A stretch of DNA of 64,000 nucleotides from positions 116,064,001-116,128,000 of the forward strand of contig NC_043003.1 of NCBI RefSeq assembly GCF_006345805.1. Reading direction: 5' to 3'. Position numbers and translations under genes: made by a program. The notes under the pieces were generated by a model. That model did not search any database, had not been told where the DNA came from, and saw only the letters and a list, made by a program, of their open reading frames with translations. Below are positions 13,322 through 26,789 of the stretch, in pieces (positions within the stretch are counted from its first letter, which is position 1; each line of letters starts with the position of its first letter). Origin of the DNA: Octopus sinensis (lineage: Eukaryota).

Positions 13322-15552
13322 ATAAGAGACTGCATTCGGAGACAACATGATCAATGGTTTCATTTTGTTGTCGGCATACACGACATGTTGGGCTACTGCC
13401 GTTCTTTAATATGTTGGCCTGGTAGTTTCTTGTTGGTAGGCATTGATCTTGAGCTGCTATGATAAACCCCTCTGTTTCAGATTTTAAGCCAGAGGCCATT
13501 AGCCATTGATGGGTCAGGGCTTTGTCAATATCTGCATTATTCGCTCTCTTTGGGTATTTGCCATAGAGAGGTTTTTTCTTGCCATTTATTATTCAGAATA
13601 TCTAAGGCCGCAGTTTTGGCACGGGTTTTCATGCGCCTAGCTTTTTCTGTGCTTGATTCTTGTATGTCTATCTCTAATTCCGAAATTAGTCGTATTCGGA
13701 ATTCACTTAGATATTCCTTTGCCTGTTTTGTGACTGAGTATGATGCTTTCTTGTTTTCATGTTTTGAGACAAGTTTTAACATCCAGTCCTCAGAGTTTTT
13801 CAGGTAGGTGTCTAGGCCAATTGTAGCAATCTTCATTGTTATTGCCAGTTGCAAAATACCACGGCCTCCCTCTTTTTTTGGCAGATAGAGTCGTTCTGTA
13901 TTTGCCTTAGGGTGGTACATTCTATGCATTGTCAACAGTTTCCTTATTTTTCTGTCAAGCTGACATATTTCAGTAATTGACCAGTTAACAATATTGAAAC
14001 TGTAAGTCACGACTGGTATGGCTAATGCATTGATCGCTTCGATCCTGTTTCTTGCATTCAGCTCTGTCTTGAGTATTACTCTCACTCTTCGATAGCATTC
14101 TCTCCTGATCCTTTCCTTCATCTCTGAATGCCTTTTTCCGTTCCCTTCAATTACCCCTAGGTACTTGTATCTCTCCGCTGGGTCTAGTTCTTTTATGACA
14201 TTCTGCTGGTCAAGGTTAGCATTAGATGTTTCTGTCATTTTTCCTTTGATAAAGGTAACTTTTGCACATTTATCTAGGCCGAATTGCATTCTGATGTCGT
14301 CACTGAATTGTTTGACTATCGCTAGTAAGCCCTTGAGTTGTTGGTCATTTTTTGCAAAAAGCTTTAAATCATCCATGTAAATGAGATGATTTATATTTTT
14401 ATCAAACATTTTATACCCGTACTGCGAGTCATTGAGCAGCTTTGAGAGAGGTATTAAGGATAAACAAAAGAGGAGTGGTGACAGTGAGTTACCCTGGAAA
14501 ATTCCACACGAAATTTTTACATCACCAGCATTTAGGGATTCATTGTCACTGTTCAGAGTTAGTGTGGTTCTCCATGATCTCATAATTACAGTCAAGAAGT
14601 TTCGCAGAGTAGGTGCTATCTTATACATTTCCAGTCATTTCCTAATCCAGCTATGTGGTAGGCTATCAAAAGCCTTTTTATAGTCTATCCAGGCTATTGA
14701 TAAGTTTTGTGTCGTTTGTGACAATCTTCTAAGATCATCTTATTGATGAGTAGTTGGTCTTTACAGCCGTAGGATCCACGTTTACATCCTTTCTGTTGAT
14801 TAGGGAATATGCTGCTGTCTGTTAAAAAACTTTAGGTATATTCCGTCAGGACAGATGTTAGCGTTCTGTACATAGTTGTTAAGCAGGTTATGGGTCTATA
14901 GTTTTTTGGTTCATTTGTTTCTTCACTTTTTGGAAGCTGGAATGTTAACCCATTAACTAGCCAAGGAGGCATCCTACTAGGGTGTTGCAAAACATCATTG
15001 TACAGTTCTGTTAGCAGTTCATGGCTCTCTGGGAAGGCATTCAGACAGAAGTTAGGAATGTTATCCTTTCCTGGAGACTTTTGCTTGACCTCCTGAGAGC
15101 AGATCTTATATCTTCTACCTTGACACCCTCCCACTTTTGCTCTTCTAAGGGGTCCAATTCTGTAGATATTCTGTCAATCCAGGGGGCCTTTTCGTTGTGT
15201 GTTTTTTCTTCTGCCCAGATTTTATTCCAAAATCCCTGCACTTCTTTTGATGGTACAGACCTTGCAGTAAACGCTGTTTTTCCTATCTCCTGAAAAATTC
15301 TTGGTGTTATTTTTGAACATGTTGTTTTCCTTGAAAAATCTAACACGCTTTTCATACCTCGCTATGCGGGCAGCTTTGGCAGATACCTTTTGTTTGATGG
15401 TTTTATGGTGGCATCAATATCAAGTATAGTTTTCATATTGTATTTTTTCAGTAATTTTGGGTTTTTGTAGGTTTGGTAGTCTTGTGAGCCTTAAGGTTTT
15501 TCAAATATTCAATGTCAGATCTAAATATTTTAATTTGTTGTTGCAGACGCTC
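13322..15552 (-). mobile_element. Dong/R4-type non-LTR retrotransposon copy A (5'- and 3'-truncated, RT region)
   Basis: NYRPITCL, GIFQGNSLSPLLF, YMDDLKLF, GLDKCAK, YKYLG, GFIIAAQDQ, CRVC..ETIDHVVSEC; similarity stops before the RLE; 5' end abuts (TAA)n. Confidence 0.85.
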
Positions 15553-15561
15553 TTATTATTA

Positions 15562-15598
<37 letters not shown>

Positions 15599-15608
15599 TA
15601 TTATTATT
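15553..15608. repeat. (TTA)n between the two Dong-like elements
   Basis: Direct reading. Confidence 0.9.
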
Positions 15609-18281
15609 CAGTAGTTTTATTTTTATAGCGTGCTTTCACTTCACTACCGAGCGCAGCTCTGTGTGCCTTGGGTATGTGCTGTGATTTGTTGTGATGCTCT
15701 GATGGTTATTGTATGGAAAGTGTTCTGCGTAGGATGGTGTGCAGTGCCTAGTAGTGCAATTTTCTGTATGTTATATGTGTTGTAAGTCCTGGTGTTTTTG
15801 TTATGTATTTGTCTGAATATTTTTTTATCATGCCTAATGCACCTACTATGATAGGAATTGTTTCTTTTTTCAGATTCCACATTCTAGTTACCTCTATTTC
15901 CAGGTCTTTGTATTTTGAGAGTTCTCCATTTCTTTTAGAGACACGTTGTCATCTGCCGGTATTGATACATCAATTAGAAAGCATTTTTTTTCTTCATGAT
16001 CTCTGACAACTATATCTGGTCTGTTGGCCTTAATTTCTCTATCTGTATGTATCGGCATATCCCAGAGTATGGTTGCTTTCTCGTTTTCTGTGACCTTTTC
16101 TGGTGTGTGCCTATACCATCTTTTTTCTGTTGTTATTCCATAATGTTGGCATAGCTTCCAATGTATGTAGGTTCCAACGCTGTCATGTCTGTGAATATAT
16201 TCCTTCTTAGCCAAGACTGGACAGCTAGAGATAATATGATTTATTGTTTCTTGTCCATCTCCACATATTCTGCAGTTACTTGTAATATTTCTTTTCATTA
16301 CATGTTTTTGGTAATTTCTGGTGGGGATGCTTTGGTCTTGTGCTGCAATTAAAAATCCCTCTGTTTCTGCTTTGAGTCCTGAGCTTCTCAACCATTGCTG
16401 GGATTTTTCTTTGTCTATTTCTTTTGCGTTTAGTTTAGTCCAGTATTTACCATGAATGGGCTTTTCTTGCCATCGTTTTATCATGGTTCGTTGCTGTTCT
16501 ATTTTTAGTTTGGATTTCATTTGTTTTATAGCTTTTGTTGTTTCTTCATCTTCTTCTTCTTCTTCATGTTTATTAGGTGGTATGATTTCTGTTTGTATTT
16601 GTCAGCTTCCTTAAATACTGAGAACAGTTTTTGTTTTGCTCGTGTTTTGCCGCTATCTGGATCAGTTTTCCTTCCTTCTGAAGTAGATATTTTGCAGTCC
16701 TATGGTGGTTATTTTATAGTAGTTTTTCCAGCTGTATAAGGCCTCTACCACCTTCTATACGTTGTATATATAGTCTTTCTATGTCAGATTTTGGGTGATG
16801 CATCCTAGATCCTGTCATTATTTTTCTTGTTTTCCTATCTGGTCAGTTCATTTCGTGTCCAGTTAAGGATATTGTAGCTGTAACTTATAACTGGGACAGC
16901 TAAAGTTTGATACCAATTATCTTGTTTTTAGCATTGAGCTCTGTGTTTAGTATTGATCTAACTCGGCTATAATATTCTTTTTTTATTTTCTCTTTCATTT
17001 GTGTGTTGTGTGGTCTTATCTAGTTCATGGATTCCTAAGTATTTGTAAGTTTGGCTTTGGTCTAATTCTTTTATTTCATTGGTTTTATCTTGTGTGATGT
17101 TGTTACTCTTAACTAGTTTTCCTCTTTTCAGGGTTACTTTGGCGCATTTTCTAATCCAAATTCATATCTATTTCTTTGGTAAATCCATGAACTGTCTTTA
17201 ATAGTGTTTCCTGCTGTTTGTCATTTGCAGCGTATAGTTTTAGGTCATCCATATATAAAAGGTGGCTGATCGTTTTGCCGTAACATTTATATCCGCATCC
17301 AGTTCTATTTGGCATATCAGATAGAGGTGACAGTGCCAAGCAGAAAAGGAGTGGAGAGAGCGTGTCTCCCTGGAATATTCCTCTTCTAATGGGGATGTCT
17401 TTGGTTTTCATGAGTCCCTCTTTTGTTTGGAGGTGTAGGACTGTTTGCCATTTATTCATAGAGTGCTCTATGAATTTTATGATTGTTGGTGCTACTTTGT
17501 TAATGGCTAGTGTTTCGAGGATCCATGTGTGGGGGATGCTATCAAACGCTTTTTTAGTCAATCCAGGCCATACTGAGGCCTTTCTTCTTTCTGTGGCTGT
17601 CTTCAGTTATGGCTTTATTAATCATTAGTTGATCTTTACAGCCATATGAGCCTTGCGGCATCCTTTCTGCTCTTCTGGGAACAGTTTGTTTTCGTCCAGG
17701 TGCTTGTTCAGCCTTTGTGATATCACTGCAGTAAATGCTTGAACATAGTAGGGAGGCAGGTTATTGGTCTGTAGTTTTCTGGTTTTTCTGTTTTATTTGA
17801 TTGGGAATTAAGATGGTTTTCCCCTTCGTGAGCCATTCAGGCATTGTCTCTGGCTCTGCTAGTACGTTGTTAAAGTTTTCAGCCAGCTTTTGTGCATTCT
17901 GTTAGATATTTCAACCAGAAGTTGGGGATCTTGTCATGCCCAGGTGCCTTCCAGTTGCTTAGTCTTTGCAGTGCTTGGGTGACCTCTTCAGTTGTTATGG
18001 GGGTCCAAAGTTGTTCAGATGCCGAGTTTGTTATTCTGATACTCCTTTTTTTTGGTGGTTCGTTCGCCGACCATATTTCTCCCCAGAATTCTTCCAATTC
18101 TTCTGCCGTTGGTGCTGCAGTGACTCTATTTTATTTTTTCCCAGTTCTTGGTAGAACTTTTTGGGGTTGGAGTTGAACTTTTTGTTTTCTTCAAAGAAGC
18201 GTTGGCGTTTTCTTGTACCGGCGGATCCTTTGTGCTTTGTCAAGGATATCTTGCTTCAGCTTTCTTTTATTCAGGCAAATC
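15609..18281 (-). mobile_element. Dong/R4-type non-LTR retrotransposon copy B (5'-truncated; RT + CCHC + restriction-like endonuclease)
   Basis: KKAFDSIPH, GIFQGDTLSPLLF, YMDDLKLY, CRICGDGQETINHIISSC, RHD, RPDIVV..CFLIDVSIP (PD-(D/E)xK); 3' end AAAATAAAACTACTG runs into (AAT)n; (TAA)n on both sides. Confidence 0.9.
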
Positions 18282-18294
18282 TTATTATTATATA

Positions 18295-18337
<43 letters not shown>

Positions 18338-18350
18338 CATTATTATATTA

Positions 18351-18414
<64 letters not shown>
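18282..18414. repeat. (TTA)n microsatellite
   Basis: Direct reading. Confidence 0.95.
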
Positions 18415-18964
18415 GAGTGAGAGAGCAGTGCATGCCATCAAAGGGACACTGGGGTAAAATATACGAAGTCCAGTATACCCATCATGACTACCCGTCTGAT
18501 AAGGGTACACTAGGCACATGCATCACAACCATATGTGCGCGATATGGTGATCTCATATCAATATAAACAGGGTATGACCTTGCAGGTGGGGCACGATTAG
18601 AATTTACTTCTGGTCGTGTAACCCATCCCGCTCAAAATGCCCCTGAATAAGGGTTGTTTAAGGATGTTGAACGAAACACCCATGTTTCCAAAGGTGAATT
18701 ATTCAAACCCCAAAGAATCCCTCTCAAAATATGTTTATGATACTCCCCACTACTGCTCAGGATCAAAGATGCACATATCGTCAGCCATTAAGGGACATTG
18801 TCAACTGGTTAAGGTTAAACAACTGACAAACAAATCTGTGGTATTGAGCAGAATATTTGCTGTAGACCATCTTTTATACCAAGACAAAATAATGTACATG
18901 ATAACACTTCCAATCAGTTAAGATGAGAAGCCATGAGAGCCACTGCCAGGTACTGCATCAGGGC

Positions 18965-18966
<2 letters not shown>
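18415..18966. mobile_element. 552-bp non-coding element sandwiched between (TTA)n arrays, probable non-autonomous retroposon
   Basis: Sharp boundaries against TTA arrays on both sides; no convincing ORF; class inferred from context only. Confidence 0.45.

Positions 18967-19049
<83 letters not shown>
18967..19049. repeat. (TTA)n microsatellite
   Basis: Direct reading. Confidence 0.95.
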
Positions 19050-19051
<2 letters not shown>

Positions 19052-19068
19052 ATAGTTTTATTATTATT

Positions 19069-19205
19069 AAGGCTGCCAGCTGGCGGAATCGTTAGCACGC
19101 CGGGCAAAATGTCTAGCGGCATTTCGTCCATCTTAGAATTCCGAATTAAAATTCTGCCGAGGTCGACTTTGCCCTTCCTTGTCTACGGGATCGATAAAGT
19201 AAGAA
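19069..19205 (+). mobile_element. tRNA-derived SINE, family S2
   Basis: AAGGCTGCCAGCTGGCGGAATCGTTAGC head, body GCCGAGGTCGACTTTGCC; related minus-strand copies at 23560-23931 and 44492-44693. Confidence 0.75.
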
Positions 19206-21057
19206 CCATTTGAACACAATGATGGAATAATCGATTTACCTCCTCCCTCGATATTGCTGGTTGTGTCCCCATTGTAGACATGATTACTGTGCCATCATTT
19301 GGAAGCCTTATTATTATTACTAGTATTATCGAAGTAATCTCGGGAATTAGATTGTTAATAATAAAGTCATATATGAGAAAATATACATATTTGATCTGTT
19401 TCTTAGGAAGCATACAGTGAGGAAGAGAAGGATAGATGCTTTGGCAGTACGTGGGCGTTGGGGGGTAATATACAAAATGTTTATTAAGAGGGAAATTACA
19501 GGCGTAAAAATAATTCAGTTATATAAACTAAACCAAGAAGGCATATGTCACTAACTCTTTATAGACAGACAAAAAGAGAGAGAGAGAGTAAGGGAGAGGG
19601 AGAGAAAGTGAGGGAGAGCAGAAAAGAGAGTGAGAACGAGAGAGAAAGAGAGCACTAAAGAAAACTTTGGAATGAGGGAAATGTAAAGAAGGTTAAAGAG
19701 GAAGAAATCGAGATTTCGCAAAGAATTGGAAAGGCATTGATATATGAAGAATCAGGGAGGATATAGATAGAAAACGATAGGGTGGGGAAGAAAGAAAACG
19801 ACTTATTTTGAAATGCCTTTTGAGAGATCGATCCATGTAATGAATGTCATTGATGAGGGATTTGTCTTGAGGCGATCTGACAATCAAGGTGAAGGATTCC
19901 ACTTTGAAAACTGAAAGGAGATCTTAGATTCGCATTTCCTTGAACATCAAGTTAATCGCCTTAACTGGTAGATTTTTAGAAGGCAAACGAAAGCCACTTC
20001 ACAATTGAATCATGATAACTTCCTCGCATCGTGTTTTTTCTAACCTTCACAATTCTGATACATTCATAGCTGCAGCCTTTATACAATGGCGTTTAAACAT
20101 AGCATATTTGTAGCAGATGTAATAATTTGCAGTGGCTTATATCGTAGGTCTTGTAGAAAAATGACGCGTGAGACAGAGCCTGTTTTGCCTCACTGTACCG
20201 GGAAACGTATCTATTTACGTCAATAATATCCGGAATGCTACGTTGATTGTGTGTCGCGTTTCTTCTGAAACAAATCTTAAGTCACGTTTCTATTATCTTA
20301 TACAAAAGTTTACCTTGTAAACATCTGTGCCATTATTTCCAGATTAACGACAGATCCATCATTGATTCAATGCATTTATTATGATGATAATGAATTATAT
20401 GCAACAGGTTTATCAAAAGACATTTCTCTCCCATATCAATAGATTTTTGTGTATTTTCATAATATTTCCCTTTTTTCTACTTGTTCCAATGTACATCACT
20501 GACGTAAACATCACAACGAATGAGACCGAACGACAAGTACATCCCTGTATGCATTATAAGTATATGGAGGTACGCATTCTTGGCTGACTGAAACAAGTAA
20601 AAGAATAAAAGAATGTGTGTGTGTGTGTATGTGTGTGTGTGAGTGTGTGTGTTAAATAGTAAAATAAGTATTCAAATAAAATAAGATACTTGAAAAGATA
20701 TGCACCAGGTATGGTTGGATAAACCTGTGGTTCCGGCCTTTGGTTGATAAATATCAAATAGGAGATTCCGGTTGTGTACAGAGAGAAAACCAGCCTCATG
20801 AGCACTTAGATATCATATTAAACACTTTCAAGAGCTATATTCTTTAACTCAACGTTGGTCATTCTCCCATTTCATAGTTGGCCTCGACAAACTTCAGTCA
20901 CATCTCTGCTGTATTCTGGGGATATTTTGTTTTTGTAGAATTACATTCTTATCTTATGATTACGGTTTATTGTAATGGAGTGATGTTCTCATTCTGCTAT
21001 TAAAAAGTTACGTAACAAACATCTGTAATAAACTGACAATTATTCATTGTATTCATT

Positions 21058-21339
21058 GTGGCTGTGTGGTAAGTAGCTTGCTAACCAACCACATGGTTCC
21101 AGTTTCAGTCCCACTGCGTGGCATCTTCGGCAAGTGTCTTCTGCCGACCAATGCCTTGTGAGTGGATTTGGTAGACGGAAACTGAGAGAAGCCTGTCGTA
21201 TATATATATACATAAGTGTGTGTGTATGTGTTTGTGTGTCTGGGTTTGTCCCCCTAGCATTGCTTGACAAGCGATGCTGGTGTGTTTACGTCCCCGTCGG
21301 TTGTCAAGCAATGCCAAGGGGACAAACACAGACACACAA
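21058..21339 (+). mobile_element. S1 SINE 5' half ending in a fold-back with an inverted S1 fragment
   Basis: S1 head at 21058; 43-bp arms 21232-21274 and 21297-21339 with 4 mismatches. Confidence 0.75.
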
Positions 21340-21401
21340 GCACACACACATACACATATGTATATACATATATATACGACAGTAGAGAAATATCACAAAA
21401 A

Positions 21402-21492
21402 CTGTTACCAAGAGTTTCACATTCCCGTTCGTCGGACAATTTTGTTAACAATAGTATCTCACGAACGGGATCGTGAAACTCTGAGCAACAGC
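21402..21492. ncRNA. Back-to-back pair of degenerate Penelope-type minimal hammerhead motifs
   Basis: Minus: CCGACGA-ACG-GGAA-TGT-GAAA-CTC; plus: CTCACGA-ACG-GGAT-CGT-GAAA-CTCTGAG-CA-ACAG; same family as 55230-55267 but both cores mutated. Confidence 0.55.
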
Positions 21493-22869
21493 TTTTGTTA
21501 TATTACTGTTGATTTTACATATATATATATATACGTATGTATATATACAGGAACACATGCATAAGCACACAAGCTTATACAAGCATGGTGTTGATAGTGA
21601 CTTCGACGTTTTGGCCATCCACTAATCCATCGTCGGACTACTTAGCTGGCAGAAATTGTGGAGTCACTGTCAACAACATTCTTGTATTCGAATAATATAT
21701 TTGTGCTCCGCAAATAAAGAGAGTAGACCATCAGATTAATATTAAATTATTTAAGTCAATATAAAAGTAAGCGTTAATAAAATACACAAACATATATGAG
21801 TGTCTGTGTCTGTGTGTGTCTGTGTGTGTGTGTTTACATATATGTACGTACATGCATACATACATACCTGCACAATCTTTATAATATAAGGCCAAACGCT
21901 TCCATCGAATTTTCCAATGTAGGAAATCGGAGCAAACTATTTAGGTTATACATAATACTTTATATAGTTTATATGAAGGGCACCGTTCTTGTTTTAAAGA
22001 GGCCCATTAAGAAATTAATATTTCAAATAATACGGTTGTGAGACAACGCTTTGTACCTGTTTTGAAAGATACAGCATCCGCCCCGTTCCTAATATCAATC
22101 CATACGATTTCTCTTTGTTCTAAAATACTCTTATAGTTGTTGTTAAGACACTAAATATATATGGTATACTTGAAGTATTACCATCAAAAATTATAAAATG
22201 GAATAACAAAACAGATGAAAGTGAAAATTAACATTAATAAAATTTTTAATGAACAACGGCATTATTGATAACGTCTATAAAATAAGGCTGTGCCCTGATA
22301 TGTAGCGTTACTATGGCAATATCCTTGCCATAGCAACGTCGATCTCACATAAATTAATGATGCATCTTATCTTGTCTTTGTTGTTAGTGCATTTGTGCAT
22401 GACCGAATGGAAAGTTTTACAGCATCCCGTTGTATATCAATGAATCATAAGCCTTTTTGATTGATCTCATACATTTTGTATTTCGCTTTGATCTTCTCCC
22501 CACCCTCCCTCCCTCCCTCTCTCTCTCTCTCACTCTCTCTCTGTCTTTCTCTCTCTCTCTAGGCGGCGTCGATGCCGATTAGGTATGACTTCTGGACTGC
22601 CAACTAATGCTACATGAGATCAAAATCCACCGCATATATATCTAGGCAAGATTGTTTATTGCATGTACCTCAATAATTATATCTCACGAGAATAGGTATA
22701 ACATCAAATTTATTTGTATATGTGCGCGTGAGTATGTGTGTGTATGTATGTTTCCAGAATTTGTTTCATTTTTTTCATAGTCAAGGAGAATGGGGATGAT
22801 TTTTTAGATGAGGTCAGATATTTCGGTGTTTCTGGGGTTGAAGGTTGACACATGGTAGAATCCTCAAAA

Positions 22870-23345
22870 GCAAAAGGCAACCCAAAACACTCAAACAAAT
22901 CCTAACTGGAATAAAAGCACAGAAACAAATTCCCAGTCCAACTGTGATAATATGTGGAAGAACAAATTGCGGCAACTGCTTATATCTAATGGAAGGACTA
23001 AAGTTCAAATTTAAAGATGGATAAATCTTTAAAGTAAAAGAAAATTTCAGCTGTAACTCTCAAAACCTAATTTACACAATAACATGCGTTAAGTGCCAAA
23101 AAACAAAACTACATAGGACAGACGGGTGTTTCATTAAACATTAAGAATGACGATACACCACCAACAGATCCGAGACCAGAGCAGAACAAAGATTCCCCTG
23201 AGGTGTCACATTGCAAACTGTGCGGGAATAGTTTTAACCAATTTTAAAATTTTCCCCTCTACAAGTGATCCGACTCTTTCAACCAACAACAGAGAATAAA
23301 CAAAGAAAAGCAATTCATCTAAAATTATAAACCACAAATAATTAT
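22870..23345 (+). mobile_element. Penelope-like element remnant (Neptune-like GIY-YIG C-terminus)
   Basis: Piecewise translation KRQPKTLKQIL..CGRTNCGNC..FSCNSQNLIYTITCVKC..YIGQTG..RMTIH..FKIFPLYK..KEKQFI; stops and frameshifts. Confidence 0.8.
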
Positions 23346-23501
23346 CGAAACACCCAACACGAAAAATAAATTAGGACCTGTCACACACACACATACAAGA
23401 CACTCCCATGATACCAAACACACACAACATATAACCACACTCACACATATACATATAAAAAGAGAGAGAGAGGAAGAGATGGGAGCGAGATTGTAACATA
23501 G

Positions 23502-23557
<56 letters not shown>

Positions 23558-23559
23558 AA

Positions 23560-23931
23560 TTTTTAGGGAAGGGGCCAGTCGATTAGATCGACCTCAGTAC
23601 GCAGCTCGTACTTAATTTATCGACCCCGAAAGGATGAAAGGCAAAGTCAACCTGCGCGGAATTTGAAATCAAAACGTAGCAGCAAACGAAATACCTATTT
23701 CTTTGCTACCCACAAGGGGCTAAATACAGAGAGGACAAACAAGGACAGACAAACGGATTAAGTCGATTACATCAACCCCTAGTAGGCAAGTGGTACTTAT
23801 TTAATCGACCCCGAAAGGATGAAAGACAAAGTCAACCTCGGCGGAATTTGAACTCAGAGCGTAGCGGAAGACGAAATACTGCTAAGCATTTCACCCGGTG
23901 CTCTAACGTTTCTGCAAACTCGCTGGCTTTT
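23560..23931 (-). mobile_element. Composite S2 SINE containing a Tx1-like 3' tail segment
   Basis: S2 head at 23931, Tx1-tail-like block 23696-23742, then a partial second S2 body; head preceded by (TATC)3 on the minus strand. Confidence 0.7.
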
Positions 23932-26756
23932 AGATAGATAGATATTAACAGGAGTTTAAAAAAGATATTTTTTTTTGTATTTTGGTATTATTTGATTGCG
24001 TGTCTAACGCATTTCTAACAGGATATATTTTACCTGATTTTCCTATATGCATAATTTTCCAACACCTATTACTAAATGAAACATATGTAATGGTGAATAA
24101 AGGACGCATATATTTTGTTTTTCTTCCAATCTCTTGTTTGGTTATGTAATTACTGTGCAAAATATGTTTCAGAATTTTCGACAGTGGTAATACAAGCACG
24201 CTTCTTTGAAACGTGTTTCTCTATCGTTTGCATTAAAGCATGCAATTATTTCTTTAAAGATTGATCCCTTTTTCACCTCCATGTGCGCAGTTGCACATCC
24301 ACCGAACAACAGTCACATTCACACATGTATGCAAAGGGATGTTAATCACATAGACATATACACATATATATATATATGTAAATATGTGTGTGTGAGTGTG
24401 TGTGTGTCTGTATACACGCATATACATGCATGCATATATGAATATATAGAAAGATACCTACATATGCGTGTTTTGCTGTTTGTTTGCTAGATTGTGTAAC
24501 ACATTCGAGGTAATAACAGCCATCGTATGTACCGCGACTCCTGCATATCAAACATCAGTGTGATGTGTTTAATTTCACGGTTTCTGATTGAAACTCTTTC
24601 GTGAGAGATTGTAAGAAAAGAACTCCGCTATGTCGTTTTGGGATCAGAACGTCATAATTATAATTTCCTGCAGTGTAGACTACTGACTTTCTGCTAAGAC
24701 AATAATCGTTCAGTTTTATTATTTCGTTGGATGAAAGAATCTGATGTGAATTTTCCAAGTATAAAGTTAGATGTCAAAATTGAACAGTTCCTTTCCTGGG
24801 AATATAATTAGATTACTTTGCCAAGGCATAAAGTCAATATTTTTGCGGAGGGAATCTGCTTTATGGCAGAAAACAATAAATAAATAATCGTACATTGTTC
24901 CCCATAGTACTCCGCTACTTTTGTCTTCGTTCCGATGTCTTCCGGCAGAAAAACATATTGAACGGTTGTACACTTATATCAAAAGTACTGTAACGTATCC
25001 TTCATAGAAATATACTACTTCAAGTCAAAATATTACAGAAAATTACACTGTAATTGATTTTTAAATGGAGAGGACGGTTTTAAACGGTTTCAATTCGCGA
25101 TGTAGAATAGTTTAATCTATATAAGGTAAGTTTGTCGTTAGAAACTCACCCCGAACACGACAATAATTCATTTCTATTTACAGTAAAATTGGGAAACAGA
25201 GAAAATAACTGAAGCTTCATATGCTAGTCTACACAATTAGTAATTAGCAGCGTGTGCATTTCTGCCAGATTTCTCATCTGCATATTATTATTTACCAACA
25301 AGTCCTAGTGTCTATACACATTCTAAAAAAAAAAAATTATATTAAAAATATATTCTTCGTGAATCGGGTGATTGGTGGAGGATCTACTCAATAATTTTAT
25401 GATATCTAACCTCCACAGCACTAAATATTTTCACAAACGTAATTCACTTTACCAACCGATTGTACCTCAGTGAAAGGGCTTCACGTGTCGTCTAGACACG
25501 ATATTATCATCAAGACTGACGAATGTTATTCCAGGTCAATTTAGGGGTTGTTTATAGCCAAACGACTTACTCTAACCACAAGAATATATCTCTAAAATAA
25601 CCACATGAATATGCCACTTTAAAAATGCTGGATCACGTTATGTGATAAAATCTTAGATACGCAATTTCTGAATAAACAAGGCAAACCACTTAGGCCTGAA
25701 CTAAACCTAAAATCAGCTTTGGAAAAATAAAGTATGATATCCTTGCTTTGCGGGTATGTGGTATTTGCAAATCGGAGTTGAGATGTGTTTTGAGTACGTA
25801 TTTACGATCTACAGATGTTATATTTGAAATGTATCATGTTATTCTGATTCTAAACCCCAGCATTTTGCAGCAAAGCACGAACAACGCTGTATTGCATCCA
25901 AATATGATAATCTTCCTTTATCAAAGCTATTCTGTTCAACTGTCCAAGTACCGCCAAGTTGATACCCGCTACAGACAGTTAGATTGCATGTATTACACGT
26001 GGGAACATTGAAAGGTGCCTGCACCTTTTATACGACACATATATAAGAGCATATTAATTGGGATGCAAGCGATTATTGGCAGTGTTGCTATTCCTTCGGT
26101 TATACGTTTTCAAATATATCTGCAAGGAACGATTTGTAACCACTGTGGGGAATTATTTGTGATTTGAGAGCTTTTATTATGTCGAAGTTGATGTCAGTAT
26201 TTCTGGATGTTAGGGAAAATTATTGTAATGTTTCTAACTGCAACCTTTCCTAGATTCCCTAGGCCTAGGCCTTCTGTGTGTGTGGGTGGCGATGTGCAGT
26301 TCCATCTCGTGATTTTAAACAGACCAAAAGACGATTTGCATTGATCACCTTTATAAGTGAAGATCGCTGTAGGTCTTGTAAGAAACAACTAATCGTACAA
26401 AAAAACAATTAACTCATCAGGTAATATGACAGAAGCAATCAGAATTCTGTGTTGATGAATCTATCGACATTAAGATAAACGATTAATACTAATTACATTA
26501 TAAATGAAGCAAATTGCTAAATGAATAAAATAAGCAAAAGATGGATGGATGAAGATGAAATACTTGAAAATATTCTCGGCCAAATATATAGAAACCCCGA
26601 GATGAAAATACAATATAAAAATGTTCTCCCTCCACTTATGTGGCCCAAGAGATTATGCAGATGTTGCGAGGGAAAGATCTAATTCAACATTATCAATGAT
26701 GATTCCAGGACGAATATTGTATAACACATGCATTCACTTAAAATCAAAACTAGTTG

Positions 26757-26789
<33 letters not shown>

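Noticed and set aside
19795-19910. Minus-strand exon candidate FKVESFTLIVRSPQDKSLINDIHYMDRSLKRHF
   Set aside because: Good acceptor but no convincing GT donor and no recognisable homology
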